Shown here: one piece after another, positions 1 through 10,000 of the stretch
How the letters are laid out: each line of letters starts with the position of its first letter
How positions within the stretch are numbered: the stretch's first letter is position 1
Virus record (IMG/VR): IMGVR_UViG_3300036771_000090
Location: 1-64,000 of that record
Length of the DNA stretch: 64,000 nt
Origin: a virus
Direction: 5' to 3' (one strand)
The notes under the pieces: model-generated
What the model was told of the DNA's origin: nothing
Database searches by the model: none
Seen by the model: the letters and a program-made list of their open reading frames with translations, nothing else
Translations under genes and position numbers: made by a program

Positions 1-1547
1 TCCTTCGCACCGGCGGCCATCTTGGCGTCTTCCACCACGCCGTTCAGGAAGTCGCGCCGGGTCTTGGCCAGCTCGAAGGGCGCCAGCCCCTCCTGGGCTC
101 CTTCTTCCAGCACGGTGCGGACCTTGCGGCCCAGCTCCGGTTTGTGCACCAGGCCCAGGATGGCCATCCGCTGCTGCCAGCCGTTCAGGTTGTACTCATC
201 CGACGCCAGCTTGACGAAGGTGGTGACCCGGCTCCAGGTCGTCTTCTTGCCGGTGGAGGGGTTCGGCCCGTGGTAGCGGCCGTTCTTCACCGGGAGCTTG
301 GGCCGGAGCATCAACAGGGGGTCGTACTCGGTCTCCGGCACGTCTCCGGCGGACTCGGCATCCTCCTGTTCGTCCTCATGGCCGCAGCACTCCCGGCCGC
401 GCCAGCCGCCTTCCCCGTCGGCCCGGATTTCGTCGCCTTCGGTGAAGCGCTCATAGCAGTTCGAGCACGTTCCGTCGTACCGGGATTCGAAGTACGGGGG
501 CAGCGCGTCTTCGGGCTCCTCCTGCTCCCCGCGCAGGAACGCGTCCGCTTCGTCCGCACCGGCCACGCCACCGGAACCCAGGAAGGCGTTCGCCTCTTCG
601 TCGGCCACCGCCTTGCGCAGCGCGGCGGCTTCCCGCGGACCCGCGACGGACGCCGGGGGCTCGATGCCGGACGCCTTCTCCCACTCCGCCTCCGCGGCTT
701 CACCGGCCTTGACCGGGGGCGCCGGGACGTGGTGCGGCGCCGGACGGGCGGGACCGCTGACGGGTTCACCCGGGCCCATGGCGCCGGGGCCGCCGGTGGG
801 GATCGGCTTGCGGTTGGGGTTGGGACCGCCGTGCGTGGTCACCAGGCGGGGGACGTACCGCGGGCACGCCGCGTTGTGCACGTCTCCGGCACCCTTCTTC
901 TTCCCCGGGCAGGTGCAATCCCCGTCGGGGTCGTCCGCCCGGACGCCGTGCGACACGGCCCGGTCCAGGATGTCCTGGGCAGCCGCCTCCACGTCGTACG
1001 GGATGTCACCGGTGGCGCGCATCACGGTGGCCGCCTCCCGGTATTCGGTGGCGGTGGGCCGCAGCTCCTCCGCGCCGCCCGGTGCGGTGGGCTCCTCCGG
1101 CGCGGCGGGGAATCCGCCGGCCATCGTGTCCGGCTCCCCTGCGGACCGGTCCCAAGCGTCCGCCGCGTCACCGGTGGCCGGCCGGCGGCCGGGCTCCTCC
1201 GCGTCCCAGGCGTCCGCCGGGGCCGGGCGGTCCCATTCGTCACCGGCTGGCACGCCCGGTCCGGAGGCGTCGCTTTCCCCCAGGTCCGCGTCCGCCATGG
1301 GGTTGCCGCCGGCGGCAACCTCCTCCGGGGGGTCCCAGTGCGCCATGGTCTCCCGCGCGTCCGGGTCCCCGGCCAGCGCCTGGGTGCGGACGGTCTCCTT
1401 GGGGAAGTCGCTCCCGCCACCGCACGCCGGGTTGTCCGCGGAGGCGCGCTTGCCGTTGGCCGCGTGACTGCGCACACGGCCGTTGGCGGTCAGGGACAGG
1501 TCGTTGCGGGGGCACATCTGGCAGGAGTACCGCTTCGGTTCGGTCAT
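1..1547 (-). CDS. PD-(D/E)XK (Cas4/RecB-like) exonuclease with long acidic, Cys-containing N-terminal extension; 3' end runs off window
   Basis: Manual translation from ATG 1547 (RBS GAAGAAGGAAG): MTEPKRYSCQMC...; C-terminal part WSRVTTFVKLASDEYNLNGWQQRMAILGL resembles actinophage Cas4-like exonucleases; open to left edge so absent from ORF track. Confidence 0.65.
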   Translation of the reverse strand, partial: MTEPKRYSCQMCPRNDLSLTANGRVRSHAANGKRASADNPACGGGSDFPKETVRTQALAGDPDARETMAHWDPPEEVAAGGNPMADADLGESDASGPGVPAGDEWDRPAPADAWDAEEPGRRPATGDAADAWDRSAGEPDTMAGGFPAAPEEPTAPGGAEELRPTATEYREAATVMRATGDIPYDVEAAAQDILDRAVSHGVRADDPDGDCTCPGKKKGAGDVHNAACPRYVPRLVTTHGGPNPNRKPIPTGGPGAMGPGEPVSGPARPAPHHVPAPPVKAGEAAEAEWEKASGIEPPASVAGPREAAALRKAVADEEANAFLGSGGVAGADEADAFLRGEQEEPEDALPPYFESRYDGTCSNCYERFTEGDEIRADGEGGWRGRECCGHEDEQEDAESAGDVPETEYDPLLMLRPKLPVKNGRYHGPNPSTGKKTTWSRVTTFVKLASDEYNLNGWQQRMAILGLVHKPELGRKVRTVLEEGAQEGLAPFELAKTRRDFLNGVVEDAKMAAGAK

Positions 1548-1652
1548 CGCTTCCTTCTTCCTTCGCTCGGGCGCAAGCCCGGTACGGGGTCCAGCATCTC
1601 ATCTTTTATTCGATCGGTGGAACTAAATCGGATACCCGGAAGGGTCATCCTC

Positions 1653-2222
1653 TCAGGAGCCGCTGACATCCGGTTCCGCGAAGAACACCCAGACACCCGC
1701 TTCGTTCTGCCCTGCGATGTAGCCGCCGGCGGCCAGGACGGGCTGTCCAAGGGTGAGGTACTGGTGGAGGGAGCAGTCCTCCAGCGTGCCGGCCAGCCGG
1801 TCCATCAGCGGGTGGCGGATGGTGAAGGTCCGGTCCCCCTGGTGCCGGGACACGTGGATGGTGACGTGGTGCTCAGGCTGCGCATGGTCCAGCAGAAGCC
1901 GGCTGGCCGCGTCCGGCATGGGGCAGTCGGTCTTCGGGCAGGTGAGGTACCCGCCGGAGCCGACGAACAGCCGCCCGTGCCCGCACGCCGGGCACCTGCC
2001 CTGGATGCCGGGCCACGCGGTGACCGGGCCCGGGGACGTACGGGCTCCGTCCAGGACGGCCTGGACGACGTGTGCCGCGGCGGACGCGGCGGAGGCGGGG
2101 ACCGCTTCCGCGCGCACCTGCCCGGCGGTGGCGCTCATGGCGTCCAGCAGCCGGTCCAGCTCTGCGCGGACCGCCTTGCGGACCCGGGCCTCCATGATCT
2201 GGTCACGGGGTACGTCAACCAC
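1653..2222 (-). CDS. Hypothetical Cys/His (Zn-binding) phage protein, DUF6085-like
   Basis: GTG after AAGGAG; GRCPACGHGRLFVGSGGYLTCPKTDCP and HPLMDRL..CSLH motifs. Confidence 0.5.
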   Translation of the reverse strand: MVDVPRDQIMEARVRKAVRAELDRLLDAMSATAGQVRAEAVPASAASAAAHVVQAVLDGARTSPGPVTAWPGIQGRCPACGHGRLFVGSGGYLTCPKTDCPMPDAASRLLLDHAQPEHHVTIHVSRHQGDRTFTIRHPLMDRLAGTLEDCSLHQYLTLGQPVLAAGGYIAGQNEAGVWVFFAEPDVSGS

Positions 2223-4023
2223 TGGCCTGCTCCTTCTTCTTCTGGCGTACAACGGTGTCGAACTGGCCGGTGGCCAGCTTCACGGCGATGGCGTCGTTCA
2301 CGTCGCCCTGGGTGGCCGGGATCTGGGGGCGGATGCCCATCGAGCGCGCCAGCGTCAGCATCCGCTTACTGGCCAGCTTCCGGCGCCATGACGCCTGCCG
2401 CTCGACTCCGAAGGAGGCGTACGACTCGGCTTCGGTTTCGGCCCAGGCGGTGGCCAGGCCCAGCGGAAGCTCCTTGTGGAGGACCACCCAGCGGTCCGTC
2501 CCCCGGCCGCGCTCCGGTGCTCCCCCGACGTTCCACGTCCCGTTCGGGCGCGGCCACAGGAAGATGAAGCCGCCCCCGACGTAGATGAACATCACCCCCA
2601 GCGGGGTGCGCTGCCAGACGTGGCTGGAAGCGGTGAACAGGTCCAGCTCCTTGTGGCGGAGCAGGAAGGCGGTGTTCCCGGTGTGGGACTCCACCCGGTC
2701 CGCTTCCTCCTCCTGGCGGACGTAGGCGTCCGCCAGGGACTCCCCGTCCCGGATGGGAGTGGTCAGGGAGTCGTCCAGGTCGATCAGTGTCGAGATCTTC
2801 CCGCCGGTCCCCGCCACGTCCAGGACCAGTGCGTCCTTCTTGCCCGGCCAGGGCCGCAGGACGCGGCCCACCATCTGGATGAACAGCGGTGCGGACTTGG
2901 TGGGCCGCGCGATCACCGCGCAGTCGGCCATCGGGAAGTCCGCCCCTTCGGTGAGCACCATGCAGTTCACCAGGACGTCGATCGCGCCGGTACGGAAGGA
3001 CTCATAGATCGAGAGCCTTCCGGGGACACGCTCCGCCCCGGTCCCGGTGTCCTCCCGCGGCGTGGCGCCGGAGACGTGGTGCGACCGGAAACCGGCCTCC
3101 CGCAGCGCCTCCACGGTCTGTTCCGCGGTGGCCACGGTCGGGGTGAAGATGATGGTCCGGCGGTCGGGAGCGTACTGCCGCACGATCCTGGCGATCAGCC
3201 TGGGTCCTTCGCAGTCCTCCAGCGCCTGGCCCAGGGACGCGGCGGAGTAGTCCCCGCCGGCGGTCTTCACCGCTCCCAGGTTCAGGTTGGCCAGCTCGAT
3301 CTCCTGGCCGTGGGGGTCCACCAGGTGGCCCTTGCTGATCATCCACAGCACCGACCGGCTGAAGACGACATCCTCCCAGACACGGCCCAGGCCGATCCCG
3401 TCCCCGCGCGCCAGGGTGGCGGTGAACCCCACACACCGGGTCACGTCCCCCCAGCCGTCGTCCTGCGGGGATGTCAGGTCCCGGCTGGCGAAGCAGTCCA
3501 GCGCGTCCAGAATGCGGTTGTAGCTCTCGGCTGCGGCATGGTGGCATTCGTCCACGATGACCAGGCCGACGCGCCCGTACCGCTCCTGGGCCGCCAGGAG
3601 CTTGTCCATCCGGGTCTTCCTGGCCAGGGTCTGCACGGAGCAGACCATGACGTCCGCGTGGACGTCGTTGTCCCCCGCCTTCACCTTGCCGATGACCAGG
3701 TCCGGCGCCATGGCGCGCAGCTTGGCCAGCGTCTGGTCCGCTAGTTCGTCGCGGTGGACCAGGATGACGACACGGTACGGCCGTCCCCAGGACGCGTTCG
3801 TGGACGGCTTCCAGCTCTCGATGAACTGCCGGGCCAGCCCGGAGAAGATCACGGTCTTCCCGGCGCCGGTGGGCAGCACGACGGCTGGCCGCTGCATGAC
3901 GGTCCAGGCCGACCACACCGCGGTGATGCACTCACTCTGGTAGTCCCGGAGACGGATCTGGGTCTGCGGCGCCCGGGTACCGCGCAGCGCTGCGGGCACC
4001 GGGGGGCTGAAGCTGTCGCTCAC
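2215..4023 (-). CDS. SF2 DEAD/DEAH-box DNA helicase
   Basis: LPTGAGKT (motif I), DECHH (II), TAT (III), LTEGAD (V), QMVGRVLR (VI); GTG start overlaps upstream stop. Confidence 0.93.
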   Translation of the reverse strand: MSDSFSPPVPAALRGTRAPQTQIRLRDYQSECITAVWSAWTVMQRPAVVLPTGAGKTVIFSGLARQFIESWKPSTNASWGRPYRVVILVHRDELADQTLAKLRAMAPDLVIGKVKAGDNDVHADVMVCSVQTLARKTRMDKLLAAQERYGRVGLVIVDECHHAAAESYNRILDALDCFASRDLTSPQDDGWGDVTRCVGFTATLARGDGIGLGRVWEDVVFSRSVLWMISKGHLVDPHGQEIELANLNLGAVKTAGGDYSAASLGQALEDCEGPRLIARIVRQYAPDRRTIIFTPTVATAEQTVEALREAGFRSHHVSGATPREDTGTGAERVPGRLSIYESFRTGAIDVLVNCMVLTEGADFPMADCAVIARPTKSAPLFIQMVGRVLRPWPGKKDALVLDVAGTGGKISTLIDLDDSLTTPIRDGESLADAYVRQEEEADRVESHTGNTAFLLRHKELDLFTASSHVWQRTPLGVMFIYVGGGFIFLWPRPNGTWNVGGAPERGRGTDRWVVLHKELPLGLATAWAETEAESYASFGVERQASWRRKLASKRMLTLARSMGIRPQIPATQGDVNDAIAVKLATGQFDTVVRQKKKEQASG

Positions 4024-4304
4024 GCCTCCTCCATTCCCGGGACGGCCGCCGGCACCGGGGCGGTGGCCGCCCGGCGCCAGGACGTCCAGTTCTTCAGGTA
4101 GACCAGGAAGTACGCGGTGGTCCCGGCCATGAAGCCGTACTGACCGGTCGTCACCGCGTAGGCGCCCCAGAGCGTTTGCGTCCCCATCCCCAGCAGCCAC
4201 CCCCAGGTCTTCTTCTGGCCGGTGACCCACATGCCCAGCAGTCCGAACGGCGCCAGGCCGTAACTGCCGTACTGGATCATCCATTCGCGCATCTTCTTCC
4301 TCAT
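4020..4304 (-). CDS. Small membrane protein, PnuC-like
   Basis: Three hydrophobic segments; GQKKTWGWLLG...QTLW..YAV.TGQYGF pattern. Confidence 0.5.
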   Translation of the reverse strand: MRKKMREWMIQYGSYGLAPFGLLGMWVTGQKKTWGWLLGMGTQTLWGAYAVTTGQYGFMAGTTAYFLVYLKNWTSWRRAATAPVPAAVPGMEEA

Positions 4305-4364
4305 TCCTCACGCAACGGTACGGAGACGGCAGCGGACCGGACGCCGTGCCCGGTCCGCCACCGG

Positions 4365-4544
4365 TCACCTGGCCGGGACGATGCTGATCCTGGGCCAGAG
4401 CGTGGCCGGGTCCTGGGGGATGTCCGGGTGGGAGGCGCGGATGTGGCCCAGGATCTCCCCGAAGCAGGCGTCCGGGTCTTCTTCGCTGATCTCCTCCTGG
4501 TGGGAGCACTCCGGCGCCGGGCAGGCGAACGCTTCAGCGGCCAT
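4365..4544 (-). CDS. Small hypothetical C2H2-like Zn-binding protein
   Basis: ATG after GGAG; CPAPEC...HIRASH. Confidence 0.5.
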   Translation of the reverse strand: MAAEAFACPAPECSHQEEISEEDPDACFGEILGHIRASHPDIPQDPATLWPRISIVPAR

Positions 4545-5313
4545 CGGAATCCTGCTCCCCTTCCCGGACGTCCTGCTCCGCCAGCAGACGCGCGATGGCG
4601 CCGGGCGGAAGGACCACCAGTGCGCCGTTCTCATCATCCGCCGGGTACACCAGCTCCCGGGCGGCCCCGGCGGACAGGTAGCCCGCCAGCATGTGCTCCA
4701 TCACCTCCGCGAAGGTGGGTCCGGCGGTGGCGTACGGCCCGGCGCCCGGTCCGCTGACCGCGAAGTCCGGCGGGTCCTGCTCCCAGACCAGGTTCACGGG
4801 CCCGTCCCCGCTGTCGTCCAGCGGAAGCCCGTTCTGGCCGCGCCGGACCGCCTCTCCCAGGGAGGCGATCCAGTCCGCTCCGGTCTGTGCGGCCAGCTCT
4901 TCGGTGCGCCGGGCCCGGTCCACGTGGTTCCGGGTCCGCTCCGGCATGGTCTCCGGCTGCTCCAGGGAGATGCGCTCCGCCAGCTCCAGCGCAGTGGCCG
5001 CCATGGAGACCAGCGCGGAGCGCTGCTGCGGCGCGGAGACGCTGCCGGCGGCCAGCGCGGCGTGGACGGCTTCGAGAAGCAGCGTCTCCGCGGTCGGGAC
5101 CAGCTCCCGGGCCTGGGGGCCGGTGGCTCCGGCCGCCGGGTGGTTGCGGCTGTGCAGCAGCCCCACCCAGGCGGAGAAGCGGCGTCCGGTGAGCGTCACT
5201 CCGTCCGTCGGCCGGAAGCCGATGACCTGGCTGCGGCATTCCAGCTCCCTGCCGCGCTGCGCGGTTTCGGTGAGCAGGCACATCCGCAGGGCCCGGCGTA
5301 CGGGGCCGGTCAC
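4534..5313 (-). CDS. Hypothetical protein
   Basis: GTGA-coupled to upstream gene; GC3-biased frame. Confidence 0.6.
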   Translation of the reverse strand: MTGPVRRALRMCLLTETAQRGRELECRSQVIGFRPTDGVTLTGRRFSAWVGLLHSRNHPAAGATGPQARELVPTAETLLLEAVHAALAAGSVSAPQQRSALVSMAATALELAERISLEQPETMPERTRNHVDRARRTEELAAQTGADWIASLGEAVRRGQNGLPLDDSGDGPVNLVWEQDPPDFAVSGPGAGPYATAGPTFAEVMEHMLAGYLSAGAARELVYPADDENGALVVLPPGAIARLLAEQDVREGEQDSDGR

Positions 5314-5759
5314 GACCGTGCCGCCATCTCCGCCGCGGTCAGGTGGACCGTACTGTCCGGGCCCTGGCCGCACCGGCAGATACCGTGAAGGCGCCCGGCG
5401 CCGCCATAGGGGTGACGGGTCCCGTCCCCGGCGTCCAGCAGCGCGTCCAGCCGGCCGGACCGGCGCTCCACGTAGGCGCGGACCGCCTCCCGGGGGTCGT
5501 CGGTGAAGTCGTGGAGCGCCACCAGCGCGGTGACGGCCACGTCCAGCAGCTCACCGGCGACGTCTTCGCGGCTGTGGGTGACACCCTTGCGCGGGTTCTG
5601 GCCGGTCATGCCGATGTACGCCTGACCTACTTCCCCGACTTCCTCCACCAGCTTCAGCAGCCGCATGGACACTTCGTGCGGCTGTGTGCCGCGGGCCCCG
5701 CGGAGCCAGGCGGCCACCCGGGTCACATGCAGGAAAAACGCGTCTCCCATATTCCTCAC
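5310..5759 (-). CDS. MazG-like nucleotide pyrophosphohydrolase
   Basis: LLKLVEEVGEV...GQNPRKGVTHSREDVAGELLDVAVTAL (EExGE...ELxD). Confidence 0.85.
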   Translation of the reverse strand: MRNMGDAFFLHVTRVAAWLRGARGTQPHEVSMRLLKLVEEVGEVGQAYIGMTGQNPRKGVTHSREDVAGELLDVAVTALVALHDFTDDPREAVRAYVERRSGRLDALLDAGDGTRHPYGGAGRLHGICRCGQGPDSTVHLTAAEMAARS

Positions 5760-6238
5760 ACCCTCTTCATCATCACGTTGTGGACGTACCAGCGATGGGA
5801 CCGGTGGCGCACGGGAGCGCGCTGTCCCTCACCGCGGCCACAGTTCTTGCAGGTCTGCTTGCAGTCCAGCCAGGCGTTCTCCCGGCGCTTCCAGCCGCAG
5901 TGCGCGCACTGCCAGGAGGAGCAGGTCTGGCACACGGGGCCGCTGCGGTGCGCGGGACGCGCCGCGGTGGGCAGGTGCGCCGGGCCCGACACCCCGCGGA
6001 ACCGGATGCGCAGCGCCTCCAGGGTGGTGGCGCACCGGTCGCACATCGGGTGGGTGTACGGCGTCTGGTCGGGGTCCATGGTCCAGGCGCGGCACCGGAT
6101 GCAGCGCGGACCGCGCGCCTGGACGGCCGCCAGCACCGCGGCGAAGGACACACCCCACAGGGCCGGGTCCGGAACAGCCGGCTCCGCAGTGGCCGTACGC
6201 TGTGCTCCACTGCTGCCGGCGGCATTCCTGATCTGCAT
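5756..6238 (-). CDS. Cys-rich multi-zinc-finger hypothetical protein
   Basis: Several CxxC pairs; RBS GAGGA; first gene behind leftward promoter. Confidence 0.55.
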   Translation of the reverse strand: MQIRNAAGSSGAQRTATAEPAVPDPALWGVSFAAVLAAVQARGPRCIRCRAWTMDPDQTPYTHPMCDRCATTLEALRIRFRGVSGPAHLPTAARPAHRSGPVCQTCSSWQCAHCGWKRRENAWLDCKQTCKNCGRGEGQRAPVRHRSHRWYVHNVMMKRV

Positions 6239-6268
6239 TGTTCCTCGCTTCCTTCTTCCTGGTACCCC

Positions 6269-6306
6269 AGACTATGGAAGGTGACAACAGGTGTCAACCG
6301 GTGACA
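6269..6306. promoter_or_regulatory. Divergent control region: leftward sigma70/HrdB-type promoter (TTGACA-17-TAGTCT) with phased TGACA/TGTCA/TGACA operator
   Basis: Minus-strand TTGACA 6297-6292, 17-nt spacer, TAGTCT; TGACA 6282, TGTCA 6292, TGACA 6302 at 10-bp period. Confidence 0.7.
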
Positions 6307-6326
6307 GGAGGTGCTACGATCCAGGC

Positions 6327-6515
6327 ATGGAGAGAACCATGATCACCCGCCGGGCCGCCGCGGACCGGGCCAAGGTGTCGCTGCGCACCCTGGCCCGGCT
6401 GCTGGCCAACGGCACGCTGACCAAGCACAAAGACGCGCTGGGACGCGTCTGGGTGGACGAAGCGGAGGTGGACGCGCTTGCCACCCCGCAGCCGGTGGCG
6501 AAGAAGACGGCCTAG
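6327..6515 (+). CDS. MerR/excisionase (BldC-like) HTH DNA-binding protein
   Basis: MITRRAAADRAKVSLRTLARLLANGTL...GRVWVDEAEV. Confidence 0.75.
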   Translation: MERTMITRRAAADRAKVSLRTLARLLANGTLTKHKDALGRVWVDEAEVDALATPQPVAKKTA

Positions 6516-6539
6516 CACGACAGGAAGAAGGAAGCGATC

Positions 6540-7031
6540 ATGGCTGAACAGCCGATCAAAGCGATCCAGACCCGGTATGCGGGGTGCCACTTCCGCAGCC
6601 GCCTGGAGGCGCGCTGGGCCGTGTTCTGGGACTCCCTGGACTGGCCCTGGGAGTACGAGCCGCAGGGGTTCGACCTGCCGCACGGACCCTACCTCCCGGA
6701 CTTCTCGGTGACCCCCTACCCGGAGCGGTCCCAGGGGCCGGTCTGGTTCGAAGTCAAGCCGCCCGGCGCGTCCGACGACATGCGCTGGCCGGAGCTGGCG
6801 GTGATGACCGGAATCATGATCATCACAGCGAAGGGGATGCACCGGCGCGGGGACAACTGCTCCGTGGAGCACACCGCGGAGGTCTTCACGCCCGAAGGCC
6901 ACCGGGCTGGCGTGGACCTGTGGGCGCACGTCGGGGGACAGCACTGGGACGCGGCCAGCTCCGCGCGGTTCGAGCACGGGGAGCGGCCGGCACAGCACCG
7001 CACGCGCCGCCGGGGCCGGGGGAAGCGGTGA
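6540..7031 (+). CDS. PD-(D/E)XK-like nuclease
   Basis: FRSRLEARWAVF..L...WEYEPQGF...YLPDF...WFEVKP. Confidence 0.75.
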   Translation: MAEQPIKAIQTRYAGCHFRSRLEARWAVFWDSLDWPWEYEPQGFDLPHGPYLPDFSVTPYPERSQGPVWFEVKPPGASDDMRWPELAVMTGIMIITAKGMHRRGDNCSVEHTAEVFTPEGHRAGVDLWAHVGGQHWDAASSARFEHGERPAQHRTRRRGRGKR

Positions 7032-7033
7032 CG

Positions 7034-10000
7034 ATGACCGGAGAGCAGACCGGCGCCGCTCCGATGGGGGCGGCGGACCTGTCCCAGGGGCACGCCGAAG
7101 AGCTGGAGTCGAGCTGCATCGACGCGGAGCACGTGGCCGCCCGCGGGTACCGGACACTGTTCGGCACCGACGCGGACCGGCTGGAGCTGAAGAACCTGCG
7201 CATCCCGCGCTTCATGTGGCGGGACGACAGCGCCTTTCCCGGGCTGCTGATCCCGGAGTACCGGGTCACCGGGGAGCTGATCGGCTACCAGTTCAAGCCC
7301 GCGGTGCCGCAACGGGGGTCGGACAAGAAGTTCGTGAAGTACGCCTCCCAGGCCGGCACCCCGAACCACCTGGACGTCCCGCCGCTGGTGGCGGACAAGG
7401 TCCGGGACCCGGACAGCCCGCTGTGGATCACCGAAGGGATCAAGAAGGCCGACTCCCTGGCGTCCCGGAGCCGCGCGGTGGTGACGCTGACCGGCGTCTT
7501 CAACTGGCGGAGCAAGCTGGGCACGCTGGGGGACTGGGAGGACATCCCGCTCCAGGGCCGCTCCGTGGTGATCTGCTTCGATGCGGACGCCCGGGAGAAG
7601 CGCACGGTCCTTCTGGCCATGCGCCGGCTGGGCACCTGGCTGGAGTCCAAGCGCGCCAGGGACATCCGGTACCTGATCGTCCCGTCAGAGGTGAACGGCA
7701 CGCCGGTCAAGGGCGTGGACGACTACTTCTGTGCCGGCGGCACGCTGGCGGACCTGCGGGACCACGCGCTCCGGGAGCTGCCGTCCGACGGGGCCCAGGA
7801 CGCGGCCTTCTCGGACGCGGTGCTGGCCGACACGGTGTGCAGTGAGGAGCTGGAGGGGCAGTTCAAATGGTCGGCCGGCATGGGCTGGATGACCTGGACG
7901 GGGAAATTCTGGCGCAAGGCGACGGACGCCACGGTGACCGAAGCCGTACGGCTGTGGGCCCTGACCCAGTTCGAACGGACCATCGACAAGCAGAAGGCCG
8001 ACCCGAACCGGGACATGCGCTCCCAGATGGAGGGGTGGCGGAGCGCGCTGTCCAAAGGGAAGCTGACCGCGCTGGTGACCCTGTCGCGCGGCATCCTGGA
8101 GTGCTCCCCGGACGATTTCGATTCGGACCCCGACCTGTTCAACTGCCCCAACGGCATCCTGGACCTGCGCACCGGCGTACTGGTGCCGCACGACCCGGAC
8201 CGCCTGATGACCCGGATAGCCGGCGTGGACTACATCAAGGGTGCGGAGCACCCCGACTGGTTCACGGCGCTCCAGGCGCTGCCGGAATCGGTCCGGGAGT
8301 GGTTTCAGCTCCGCATCGGCCAGGCCATCACCGGTCACCTGACCCCCGACGATCTGGCCGTCATCTGCCAGGGGGGCGGGGAGAACGGGAAGTCCACGGT
8401 CTTCAACGCGCTGATCACCGCGGCGGGCCGGTATCACATCATGGTGGCGGACCGGGCGATGCTCGGGAACGCCTCCGACAACCACCCCACGGAGATGATG
8501 GACTTCATGGGGGCCCGGTTCGCCATGCTGGAGGAGACCCCCGAATCCCGGCGCCTGGACACCAACCGGCTGAAGAAGCTGGTGGGCACCCGGGAGATCA
8601 CCGCACGCGGGATGCGCCAGGACGACGTCACGTTCGAGACGACCCACTCCCTGTTCGTCAACACCAATTTCCGCCCGACCGTGGATGAGACCGACCACGG
8701 GACCTGGCGCCGTCTGGCGCTGCTGAAGTTCCCGTACACGTACCGCAAGTCCCAGTCGCTGGTGAAGGGCCCCAACGACCGTCTGGGGGACCCTTCGCTC
8801 CGCCAGCGGGTGGAGACTCCGCCGGTGATGGAGGCGGCGCTGGCCTGGGCCGTGGAAGGCGCGCAGCGCTGGTACGGCATGGACCGGATCATGCCGGAGC
8901 TGCCGGAGCTGGTGGTGGCCGACACCCTGGAGTGGCGCAAGGAGTCGGACCCGATCCTCCGGTTCATTGACGACACGCTGGCCTTCGACCGGTCCAGCCA
9001 CATCCACACGGTGGACCTGATGGAGGTCTTCACCAAGTTCATGGACGACCGCAAGTCCCGGCAGTGGTCGGAGAAGACCTTCGGGAGCCGGTTCGGCGGT
9101 CACGATCTGTGTGCACAGAACGGCGTGGAGAAGAGGAAGATCAGGAAGACCGAAGGAAGATCAACACTACAGACCGGAGTCGTGGCGGGAGCCACGTACA
9201 ACGCCTGGATGGGGGTCAGATTTCAGGGTCCGGAGGACGGAAAAGTGTCCGATCCGGGTCCGGAAGACAATTCTGGACCGGAAGATCCTTTCGGAGAACC
9301 GCAGGTAAATGGGGGTGAGCAAGATCATGTTCCCGGTGTTCCCGGTACGGCGGTTAACGCTCAAATGCCCTACGCATGGGAGCTTAACCCGGGAACCGGG
9401 AACACCGGGAACAGACACGAACAGGTAACGAATGTGAAGGAGATGTGCGTGTCTGATATGCCCGAATCCGACCACGCTCCGCAGGTGACTTTCTTCGACC
9501 TGGAAGGCGCCAGCGCGGACGAATTGTTCACGTACGGTGACGGTTTCGTGAGGTTGCCCGGCATGGCCACCGGTGACGGGGACGTGCGCACCGGCGTGCC
9601 GGTCCGGGAGCTGGTCCGGGCCCTGGAGAACGGTCCGTCCGCCGGGCACAACATCATGGGCTTCGACGGCCTGGCCCTGGCCTTCCACCACGGGATGGAC
9701 TGGGAGAAGTTCTGCGAAGGCGCGCAGGACACGGAGATCAACGCCCGGCTGGCCGATCCCCCGCGCTCCAAGGAGTCCGGGCGGACGGAGGACCGGTACG
9801 ACCTGGACCACACCGCGGCGAAGCTGGGGGTGGCCGGGAAGACCGACTCCGCCAAGCGGCTGAAGGACAAGTACGGCGGCTACGACAAGATCCCGCTGGA
9901 CGACCCGGAGTACCACGCCTACCTGAAGGGCGACGTGGAGGCCACCCGCCAGGTGGCCGCGCTCCTGCCGACCACGGAGTACGGCAAGCGGGAGCACTAC

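Noticed and set aside
144-2567. 807-aa + strand ORF and similar long antisense ORFs (e.g. 7685-9103, 9167-11053, 22036-24060, 25274-27331, 41496-43547)
   Set aside because: Shadow frames of real genes in high-GC DNA; no motifs or RBS
9100-9480. Intein or intron in the polymerase fusion
   Set aside because: No intein terminal motifs or homing endonuclease; reads as a low-complexity linker
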